This document shows positions 30,353 through 39,100 of a stretch of 64,000 nt of DNA, piece after piece. This DNA comes from a virus (Duplodnaviria; Heunggongvirae; Uroviricota; Caudoviricetes), in IMG/VR virus record IMGVR_UViG_3300027608_000011, one strand, 5' to 3'. Both the position numbers and the translations under genes were made by a program. The number at the start of each line of letters is the position of its first letter. Position 1 is the first letter of the stretch. Under the pieces are notes generated by a model. It saw only the letters and a program-made list of their open reading frames with translations, had not been told where the DNA came from and ran no database searches.

Positions 30353-31774
30353 ATGAGTAAAAAATCAATGCAAACACAAATCATTGAAAGCGTATTGGAT
30401 GACACTGATGATGCTGGATTTATGGCAAAAAGTAATCTGTATAAGGCGATCAAAAACGGCATTCAATTACATAAGTTGATTACTGACACTGATCCTCTAG
30501 AGCCGTGGATTGCTGAAAAAATTAGCCTTGCATCCGATTACTTAGAAACTGTCAAGGACTATGTAGAATATAGAAATGTACACAACAACGAATTTACATT
30601 AGATGGTACCCGAGCTCATAGGCATCACGAATATGAAGAAAGTGCAATAAGCGAAGCAGAACAACAAGATCCTAATGCACAACAGGACCCAACACAAAAT
30701 CAACCAGCGGCGGCCGCTACTCCTGCTCCTGCACCACAAGCCGGTGCGTTAGCAACTGAGCCAGCTGTACCAACTGAAGTTGCTCCAGACCTAGGCAAGA
30801 TATTAGACGGTATTAAAAGAATTCAAAAGTATGCTAAATCTCGTGGTGACTTAGATCCTGAGTTTGACAAGGACAAGTTAGTCAAATTAATTAGTAAGAA
30901 GATAGAAGGTACCAGTCCGCAAGATGCAGAGAAGATTGCTAAATTTATATTTGACGGTGTTACTGAAAGTACAACCGTTAGAGTTGCAGAAGGCGGCACA
31001 AAAGATCGTCAATGGTCCAACAAAGACATGGAGAGGTTGCGTGTTGCCACCCGAGACTTTGATGATATAATGGCATCTGATGGACCTGACCAAACCAAGC
31101 ACGATTTAATTAAGAAGCGAATTCAAACAAAACCATTGGCAGGTCCTAAGGGCGTATTACCCGAAGAGCAAGGTGTAGCGGAAGGTGTAATGAAAGATAT
31201 ACATTTAGAATTATCGCAAATAGCAGAAGACGAAGACTACGATGCATTATATAATTTGATGTCGTCTGGCTCACCTGCAGGCAAATACGTGCAAAACATG
31301 GCCGAAGACATTACAATCGACAAGCGTTTACATCCAGATGATGACTTTGAGGAAATTCAAGAAGTGCTAATGGATCGTATAGTTGAAGAATTTGGCGGCG
31401 AAGATGTAGCCGAAGGTAATGGGGCTCATATGTTTGCCATGGGAGAGATTGTTTACCATGACAACAAAAAAGGTAAAGTAGATCGTCAAGAAGGTAACAA
31501 AGTATTTGTTCATATAGGCCATGGCGATATGGACGTGTGGCCAGCAGACGAAACAAGTATAGTCCGTCAAGGTGCTATTCCTACAATGAAAAAGCACATA
31601 GGACAAATGGGTAGAGGACTTAAAGGATTTGTAACTGGACGTCCTGAGTTAGAAGAACAAAATGTAATGGACGAGTGGGCACAATATAAATTATCAACCA
31701 CACGTTCTACTAGTAACGAATCGGTCGAGCAAGAAGTTCAAATGCGTATGTCTAAGATGTTTGGTAAAAAATAA
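30353..31774 (+). CDS. Modular putative head-internal polyprotein
   Basis: After TAAATA; RVAEG, EQGVAEG and EDVAEG junctions; P/A/Q linker. Confidence 0.6.
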   Translation: MSKKSMQTQIIESVLDDTDDAGFMAKSNLYKAIKNGIQLHKLITDTDPLEPWIAEKISLASDYLETVKDYVEYRNVHNNEFTLDGTRAHRHHEYEESAISEAEQQDPNAQQDPTQNQPAAAATPAPAPQAGALATEPAVPTEVAPDLGKILDGIKRIQKYAKSRGDLDPEFDKDKLVKLISKKIEGTSPQDAEKIAKFIFDGVTESTTVRVAEGGTKDRQWSNKDMERLRVATRDFDDIMASDGPDQTKHDLIKKRIQTKPLAGPKGVLPEEQGVAEGVMKDIHLELSQIAEDEDYDALYNLMSSGSPAGKYVQNMAEDITIDKRLHPDDDFEEIQEVLMDRIVEEFGGEDVAEGNGAHMFAMGEIVYHDNKKGKVDRQEGNKVFVHIGHGDMDVWPADETSIVRQGAIPTMKKHIGQMGRGLKGFVTGRPELEEQNVMDEWAQYKLSTTRSTSNESVEQEVQMRMSKMFGKK

Positions 31775-33060
31775 TGGCCGGACCCATAGCACCAACAAAG
31801 CCATTGCTACCCGGACAAAAGCCGCCGATGTCTGGTGCGCCAGGCCAGACGCCTGCTAATCCTAATGCTCCACAAGCGCCAGGCCAGCCGCCTGCTAATC
31901 CCAACGATCCTAATGCACAGGCCAATCCTAATGCGCCTGATCCAACTACTAAGGCTCCGGGTGAATCTTCGTTTAGTATTAAAACAGCACAAGATCCTAC
32001 TGGAACGTTCCATATATTCGCTAAAAGTGAAATGGAAGCAAAACAAAAATATGAGCAAATGGGTAAACCAATGGGCCCAGCAACTCAAGCATCAAAAGTA
32101 AATGAGGAATCAATCATGACATATCGAGAACGTGTAGAACAATTTCACAATGAATCTTTTCCAACGTTGGAAAATGCCATTGTAAATACATTACAAGAAA
32201 ACCTACTTGAAAATGGAGTAGATTATTACGTTGACAACGGAATTAAGACACGCATTAAACAAACAGCAGTAGATATTGTGGAAACATTATTACAGTACAG
32301 TAATGATTTTATTCCGTTTTACGTTGAAAGCAACGGAGAATATACTATTAAAATTGGTACATTAGAAGAAGAAACTTTAGTAGAAGCAGATGTTAGTATT
32401 CCTGACCCAACTAAAATTTCTGTTAAACAAAATGCCGCTGGCACATTTAAAGTGTATGTAGGTGAGAATATTGCAGATACATTCGATAGCATCAAAGGTG
32501 CTACGAAATTTGTACAAACTTTAGTGTCAGAGACACGAGCACAATTTGACGAATTGGACGAAATGTTCCAATATACTATCGGAGTAAGTATGGTAAACGA
32601 AGGCAAAAAGAAAATGGCTAAAGAAGGCAGTGCCTTTGATTGGCAATCTAAAACTGATGATGACAAACCAAAAGTTGGAAGTAAAAAACAAACTAGCAAA
32701 GGCGAAGTTGAATATACTGCTACTGGACAAATTCATCGTTCAAAACAAAATTATGGCGGAGCGCCTGATTCAGACGACAACGAAGAAGGCAAAGACAAAA
32801 ACGGTGAGCCACGTGGCCGCGGCCGTCCTCGCACAAGACCGTTGCCAGATCCTGATGCACCAAAGCGCGGTCGTGGACGTCCAAAGAAAGTCAAAGAAGC
32901 ACAAATTCAAATGGCTACTCTTAAGAAACAAGTTAAAGAAACTATTCGTAAGATTGAGTCGTTACCGTCAGGTCAACGCAATAGTGCAAAAGTAGCAGAA
33001 GTAGTACAAAAATTACACGAGTCTGTTAGTCGTGCTGTTCATGCCGCTCGTATGCTATGA
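31774..33060 (+). CDS. Putative head-internal protein with two AT-hooks
   Basis: PRGRGRPR and KRGRGRPKK; Pro/Asn/Gln-rich N-terminus. Confidence 0.6.
   Translation: MAGPIAPTKPLLPGQKPPMSGAPGQTPANPNAPQAPGQPPANPNDPNAQANPNAPDPTTKAPGESSFSIKTAQDPTGTFHIFAKSEMEAKQKYEQMGKPMGPATQASKVNEESIMTYRERVEQFHNESFPTLENAIVNTLQENLLENGVDYYVDNGIKTRIKQTAVDIVETLLQYSNDFIPFYVESNGEYTIKIGTLEEETLVEADVSIPDPTKISVKQNAAGTFKVYVGENIADTFDSIKGATKFVQTLVSETRAQFDELDEMFQYTIGVSMVNEGKKKMAKEGSAFDWQSKTDDDKPKVGSKKQTSKGEVEYTATGQIHRSKQNYGGAPDSDDNEEGKDKNGEPRGRGRPRTRPLPDPDAPKRGRGRPKKVKEAQIQMATLKKQVKETIRKIESLPSGQRNSAKVAEVVQKLHESVSRAVHAARML
31837..31911 (+). repeat. 39-nt imperfect tandem duplication (APGQxPANPNxPx)
   Basis: gcgccaggccag(a/c)cgcctgctaatcc at 31837 and 31876. 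Confidence 0.8.
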
Positions 33061-33209
33061 GATTGTTTGAGTTAATTGAATCGAGAAAAGAGAATACTAA
33101 AATATTCTCTCCTCAAGTTAAAGCTACGGAAAAAGCAAAAAATATCCCCGTTGGTAAATGGGGTACAAAACACCCATTCAATGGTAGATTAGTAGGCGAG
33201 GGATCGTAA
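33057..33209 (+). CDS. 50-aa putative head-internal protein (not in ORF track)
   Basis: MRLFELIESRKENTK...HPFNGRLVGEGS; ATGA overlap; carries the shared N-terminal motif. Confidence 0.7.
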   Translation: MRLFELIESRKENTKIFSPQVKATEKAKNIPVGKWGTKHPFNGRLVGEGS

Positions 33210-33210
33210 C

Positions 33211-33651
33211 ATGGAAGAATTAGTTCACTCAATGAAAGTTGTACAAGCCAGTACATTTGCTTTTTATTTAAAAACACATAACTTTCACTGGAATGTAGAA
33301 GGTCCAGACTTCCCACAATATCATAAATTCTTTGAAGAATTGTATACCGAACTATGGTTAGCAGTTGATCCAATCGCCGAACACATTAGAGCCCTTGGCG
33401 CATTTGCTCCTGGCAGTTTAGCTAGGTTTGCTGAACTAAGTGTAATCGAAGATGAATTAAAAGTGCCGGCTGGCCTAGCTATGATTGCCAAATTACATGA
33501 TGATAACGAGCAAGTCATTGGCACATTGTTTAAAGCATATGAGTATGCAAACGCAATGCAAGAAATAGGTCTGAGTAATTTTATTCAAGACCGTGTAGAC
33601 GTCCATAAAAAACATGCTTGGATGCTACGTAGTATTTTACGCAGAAACTAA
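33211..33651 (+). CDS. dps: Dps (mini-ferritin)
   Basis: KTHNFHWNVEG..F...H.FFEELY......D.IAEHIRALG; HKKHAWML. Confidence 0.93.
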   Translation: MEELVHSMKVVQASTFAFYLKTHNFHWNVEGPDFPQYHKFFEELYTELWLAVDPIAEHIRALGAFAPGSLARFAELSVIEDELKVPAGLAMIAKLHDDNEQVIGTLFKAYEYANAMQEIGLSNFIQDRVDVHKKHAWMLRSILRRN

Positions 33652-33679
33652 ATTAGTTTCGAACCCCGGGTAACTGCTG

Positions 33680-34006
33680 ATGTTACCAATTTTTATTACC
33701 AATATGCAAAAGTATAAACCACGCCATAAGGCGACCACTAAGTCGCGGCCGAATGAAAATATATCTCCTAATGAAATCCACCAATTGACTAAATTGTTCA
33801 GTGATGAAGAATTAACTATTGTCAAGAAACTGGCATTAAAGGAAATAGATTATAATAGCTCACCAGTGTCAGACGATATTCAAGATAAGTTATATGATTT
33901 CTTTCATAACAAAATGCCGTCAAATATAATTCAAAATGCATTTCAAAGTCCTGGCAACTGGATTGTTAATCGATTAAATAGCTTATATAGAAACACACTA
34001 CCTTAG
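33680..34006 (+). CDS. Hypothetical protein
   Basis: 108-aa ORF; start uncertain. Confidence 0.5.
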   Translation: MLPIFITNMQKYKPRHKATTKSRPNENISPNEIHQLTKLFSDEELTIVKKLALKEIDYNSSPVSDDIQDKLYDFFHNKMPSNIIQNAFQSPGNWIVNRLNSLYRNTLP

Positions 34007-34085
34007 GACCTTATGGTTTTCAGTGTGGGGCGGCTACTGCCCTGGAACAAGTAGGAGTCGTGCCCGAAAGTTCCTAAAGTGTGCA
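34005..34085 (+). ncRNA. Candidate structured intergenic RNA of unknown family
   Basis: GC-rich island in AT-rich DNA with three helices and a possible loop-loop pseudoknot. Confidence 0.4.
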
Positions 34086-34096
34086 TTAATTTAGTA

Positions 34097-34125
34097 TTGA
34101 CTCATTGGCCAGTTAATGCTATAAT
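34097..34125 (+). promoter_or_regulatory. sigma70-type promoter
   Basis: TTGACT-17 nt-TATAAT. Confidence 0.75.
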
Positions 34126-34133
34126 TACATGTT

Positions 34134-34760
34134 ATGAATATAATTGAAATTAATAAAGACCCAGCTATCATTGATGTTGAGTTTCCTGAATTTGAAAGAT
34201 TTGACACCGACAAGTTATTCGAAGCCGCACCTAGTAGAATTAATTATGGTGAGTTAGATGTGGAAGCGGAAAGACTTACTATACTTCCACTAAATGATAA
34301 CAATGAAGAATTTGATAATTTTAGCAAAGAATTATATACACCGTTACGTCTTATTACAAAAAAATTAATTGAGTTAGATCCTATACGATATCCATTGTTT
34401 GATAGTCCTAACTTTGATCTGTGGTATACTAAGCGTTTTGCAAGTCGAGTTAAAATAGGATTTAGTAGAATAATCGACAGCCCCGGATTTCACCAAAGCT
34501 GGCACATTGATAATAGATTTGTTTTGCTGTCAGGTATAATAAATCTACAAGACAATGAAACACAGACCCATTTTGCCAGCGAACGTATTATGCGCTGGAT
34601 GCCGGAACAAGTAGAGCATGAGTACCCAGAAAAAATCAGGCATCGCGGCCGAAATAAAAAATGGCAAGGTACATTCTGGCTTAATACTGAAACCCAATGG
34701 CATTGCGTACCACTAGTAACTACTACTAGAAAGATTTTATTGTGTAATTTATTCTTATGA
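34134..34760 (+). CDS. Putative 2OG-Fe(II) oxygenase-like protein
   Basis: WHIDN (HxD) ... WHCV distal His, followed by RK. Confidence 0.55.
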   Translation: MNIIEINKDPAIIDVEFPEFERFDTDKLFEAAPSRINYGELDVEAERLTILPLNDNNEEFDNFSKELYTPLRLITKKLIELDPIRYPLFDSPNFDLWYTKRFASRVKIGFSRIIDSPGFHQSWHIDNRFVLLSGIINLQDNETQTHFASERIMRWMPEQVEHEYPEKIRHRGRNKKWQGTFWLNTETQWHCVPLVTTTRKILLCNLFL

Positions 34761-35500
34761 AAAAATACTTTACTATTCCTTATAAGGTTCTGTACCTACA
34801 AATATTAGCACATCTAGGATTAGCTTATCAGTTGTTCTACGGAGACGTATGGATGTGGATAGTGTCACTGGTAGTATTTGTTATATCAGGATGCTTTGGC
34901 TTGGTAATGACGTATCATAGATTACTAGCACACAATAGTTGGCCAGCTAGTTCCACATATAGAAAGGTAGGTAGCCTATTAGGATCGTATGCTGGAATAG
35001 GCAGTCCAATGGTATGGACTGCGGTACATAGAGCCCATCATAAATTTGTAGATACTGCTAAAGATCCACATAGCCCCGAACACCTAGGCTTTGCCCGAGT
35101 GCAATTTTTAGGAATGTTTGGTCAAGCAGGCGGCGAACATATTATAGATATGTTAAGGGATAAGTTTCAAACTAATTTAAATCGTTACTATTTTCACTTA
35201 CATATATTAGTAGGTATAGTTTGGTTGGTTATTAATCCTGCATTGTTTATATGTGCATATCTTGCTCCAATGGCATTACTGTGGGAAATAGGTGGTAGCG
35301 TAAACACTATTAATCATTTGTTTGGTTACAAGAACAAAGAAAACTCCAAGCATCATGCCTACAATAATCCCATAACAGGATATATGTTTTTTGGGGAAGG
35401 CTGGCATGCTAACCATCACGATGACCCGTTAAATTATACAACTAAACAAAAGTGGTGGGAATTTGATCTTGCAGGACTGATGATCAAATTGGTTAAATAG
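34757..35500 (+). CDS. Membrane fatty-acid (delta-9-like) desaturase
   Basis: Three His boxes (YHRLLAH, HRAHH, WHANHH), NTINH and TM segments. Confidence 0.9.
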   Translation: MKKYFTIPYKVLYLQILAHLGLAYQLFYGDVWMWIVSLVVFVISGCFGLVMTYHRLLAHNSWPASSTYRKVGSLLGSYAGIGSPMVWTAVHRAHHKFVDTAKDPHSPEHLGFARVQFLGMFGQAGGEHIIDMLRDKFQTNLNRYYFHLHILVGIVWLVINPALFICAYLAPMALLWEIGGSVNTINHLFGYKNKENSKHHAYNNPITGYMFFGEGWHANHHDDPLNYTTKQKWWEFDLAGLMIKLVK

Positions 35501-35503
35501 TAC

Positions 35504-36163
35504 ATGCGCCACGAAGACTTTCTATCAGAATACGACGAATCATCTAAGAATAGTAAGCAAATCATATCTAAATTAAAAGAATTAGGATATGATATGCTAG
35601 GGTCCGGCTACGATTCTACTGTATGGAGTAAAGATGCTGGCAGTGTTATTAAAATTATAATGCCCAGTGATGTAGTTCGTGCTGAGGGAGATTCTGCTTT
35701 TGTAAATTTCTACGAATTTTGTAAGGCAAACTCTAGTCCATTTTTACCAAAGTTTATTAGTATAGGCGGCGAGGATCATACAGTGTTTACGCTAAACGAT
35801 GTCCCGTACAGACAAATATCCATGGAAAAACTTAAACCCATACCAGTTAATACATTTAACGAACAAATGGTGTGGGCATTATCTGAATTGGCTGTTGTGC
35901 CATTTATTAAATGGCGTGATGCAAAAAAACAAATCACCCAAGCTGAATTTTGGAAACATTTCGAAGGGCCGGGTGATGAACAAGATGTAATAAGAAATTT
36001 AGCTAATCCTCAGACAGAGCATTTATGGTTATCGTTTCTAGATGTAATAAAAAAATTATATATCTTTGGTCGTGGACGCGGAATGGGCTGGGATTTACAT
36101 ACTGAAAATGTAATGATGAGAGGCGAGGTTCCTGTTATTGTTGACCCGTTCACAGGATCATAA
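35504..36163 (+). CDS. Protein-kinase-like enzyme with capsid-targeting-like N-terminus
   Basis: LGSGYDSTV, VIK, MEKL, DLHTEN and VDP; MRHEDFLSE start. Confidence 0.8.
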   Translation: MRHEDFLSEYDESSKNSKQIISKLKELGYDMLGSGYDSTVWSKDAGSVIKIIMPSDVVRAEGDSAFVNFYEFCKANSSPFLPKFISIGGEDHTVFTLNDVPYRQISMEKLKPIPVNTFNEQMVWALSELAVVPFIKWRDAKKQITQAEFWKHFEGPGDEQDVIRNLANPQTEHLWLSFLDVIKKLYIFGRGRGMGWDLHTENVMMRGEVPVIVDPFTGS

Positions 36164-36165
36164 TT

Positions 36166-39100
36166 ATGAAACTAAGAGAATTACTTGAAACAATTGTTAC
36201 TGAAAGTACACTAAGCGTTGATGTGCCAACTGAAGAATGGCTACAGGATAAAATTGATTACGCTAAGAAAAAAGGCCGCAACGAATACGGAGTTCCATAT
36301 ATGGGTAGCACCACTGCGTCAGTTCGTGGAACTCCGCCAAAGGTACGTGTAGTTAGATTGCACAGCCTTCGCGGTATGCGCCGTGAGCAAACCAATGTTC
36401 GCTACAATGATTTAAAGTGGTTAATGGACTACATGGATAAGAATAAGAAGTTACCGCCCATGGGTAGCAGTCCTGATAGTGAATACTTGCCTTACATTAT
36501 GGTTGCTTACAATGGTGAAGCATGGGTCAATGAAGGCAATCATCGTATTATGGCCGCATATAGATTAGGATGGGATACTATGCCCATTGAGATCAGATAC
36601 TTTGACGGCGGAGAGCGAGTAGAAGATGGTCCCATGTACCCGGGAAAAATAGGATTAGGTAATACACCAAAAGTTAAAGAGCAAGATGTTTCAGAAGCAC
36701 CGGCTGGATACAAAGAAATAGAATTTGTATGTGTTAATCCACAATTCCCAGATGCTACTGATCCTGCATTGCAGAAAAAGATGTATCGCGGACTAAAACA
36801 AATTGACGGAGTTGTTCCATTATGGCAAGAATGGGGTGATTACAGTGAAGGTCAGGCAAGTCTAAGTGCAATATATCAAGATTCTGACAGTCGTGATAAA
36901 ATATTATCACTGGCAAAACAACTGGGTGTTGAAGTGGATCTAGAGCAAGCAGTATCAGCTGACTATGTTGACCGTGCCAGGCGCGGAGAGCACGAAGGCC
37001 AGCAAGGCGTGGCGGAAGGCTTACAGAATAATGGAATTAGTTTTCGTGTACAAAAGGGTAAAAATAAATTTGTCACTACCATGACAGTTAATAACGAGCA
37101 GGTGGGTGTATACCAATATGATGCTACTACAGGTCGTAGCATAGCCGAGGTTTATCCAGAATTCAAGGGCAAAGGATTTGGTAAATTATTGGTTTTACAT
37201 GCTATCTATACCGCGGCCAAATTAGGATTAGATTTCCAAGAAGATGAATCAAGAACTGCTGAGTATGATAATGTGTTAGACAGTTTGAGTAGCAACAGTT
37301 ATATTGTAGATGATGATGGATATTGGTACGTTACTGGTGAGGGCGAACAATACCTACAACAATCATTAAAACAAGGTGTGGCGGAAGGCTCTGTACAGAT
37401 TAGTGAATATAGAGATAGATTGTTGCAATATGTCAAGAGTCTGTTACCTAACTACCCGGAGTATGTTCTTAAAGATTGGTTGGTACCCAACAAAGGTGAC
37501 TTTAGCAATTTGCCAGACACAGATCTCAAAAATGGCATAATGGAAAAATTAAAGTTGGCAGGACTTACACCTAACACCAAATGGCAACTTGTACCCGATA
37601 TGAAGTTTACAATGGATATGTTTGAGCCAAAGACTAAGCAACGATTGATTGGTCGTGCCGGCGGCTCAAGTGATTTAGGTATGGGTATACCTCGAGACAA
37701 AGAAAGACACGCAACTCAAGCGGCCTTAGCACAACAACAAGGTGGTGTGCGTAAAGAACCAGTGCTATTAATAAAAACAGACAAGGGCTACGAATTGTTA
37801 GAAGGGTGGCATAGAACTATACAACACTTTGCCAAGTATCCCAACGGTTATACAGGGCCTGCTTATGTGGCAGTTGCACAGCAAGGTGTGGCGGAAGCAC
37901 GTAGTAACCCAGAGCAGAATGTCAAGTACGAGTCCGGCATGAAAGAATTGGTGGCTGTTGCCAACTCTATTGCAGATACAGAAAACTGGGCCATTAGCAT
38001 GACCAGTGAGGCCAAGCTAGGCATCAACCCGCAAGTGGGCATCAGTGAAGACACACCCAAAGGCATTTACTTCTATCCACTGGACTATGCTGTAGACTTT
38101 GCCCGCCGCGGTAAAAAATTACCCTGGGGCCATGACTACCTTTATATTCAGTTGTTTCAATATGACCGTTCAGGTGAAATGACAAAAGAAACATCTGTAG
38201 ATTCTAATAAACTAAAACAAGCATTGCTTCAATATTGTCCTGAAGATGTAATTCAACAGGCCATAGACGAACCCGAATACGATGGTACACCATATTATTT
38301 CATTTACGATTGTTTAAGCAGACTGGGAAAAAGCGACGAAACTAATGTTGTTCGTTGGAACAAGGTCCTGCGTGATCTAGGCTTTACCAGTGTGTTTGAC
38401 GACGGGCATGGATGGATTGCCCACAATGAACCCACGCAAGGTGTAGTACTAGATCCAAGAGTTATCAAACAACTCAAGACTATTAGTAATAAAAAACAAT
38501 CAAAATTAATTACACCTGCTGTGATTGAACGGGCCATATTTGAGACTATGGACATGGAGTTAGCCGCTAGTAGATCATGGCAAGCATATGATCCAGACGG
38601 CAGTAAACTTAGAGCGGCGGCCAAGGAGTATGCCAAGAAACCTGAATTCAAACAGTGGTTTGGAAAACAAGCCACAGAAGAAATATTTGATAAGGCGGCA
38701 AGCTGGGGCAGATATGGTGCAAGACAATTGAGCCAAGAAGCGTGGGCTTGGTATAAAGAACAACAAGCTCAACAACCAGTTAAACAAGAAAGTTTAGAAG
38801 AGGCTCCATTGGCTGATTACGAGCCATTGGGAGACTTTACTAAGCCCGGACCGTTCACAGGTGCGGATAAAAAATTAATCCCACATCCGGCTAATCAACT
38901 TAAAGCTGAACAATTCTTTTCCAAGACGCCGTATGATATTAGATTATTCTTTAGTAACCTTACTGGTACAGGAAAATACAGTGAGTATGGTGTTATGGCC
39001 CCAGATGTGTTAAAGATAATATTTGGTGACGATGCTGATAAAATTATCAATGGACACGATGATGCAATCACAGTGGTATATGTTGGCAACAAAGGCGACA

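Larger units (their letters stand above)
27599..37899 (+). repeat. Dispersed ~21-nt in-frame repeat, consensus SAGCAAGGYGTRGCGGAAGGC = (E/Q)QGVAE(G)
   Basis: Core copies at 27599, 27797, 31166, 37000, 37369 and 37879; degenerate copies at 22754, 30980, 31400 and 36679. All are in frame. Confidence 0.9.

Noticed and set aside
27599-37899. QGVAE repeats as a CRISPR array or DGR template/variable repeats
   Set aside because: Spacing is irregular (about 190 nt to several kb), all copies are in-frame coding, there are no cas or reverse transcriptase genes, and there is no A-specific mismatch pattern.
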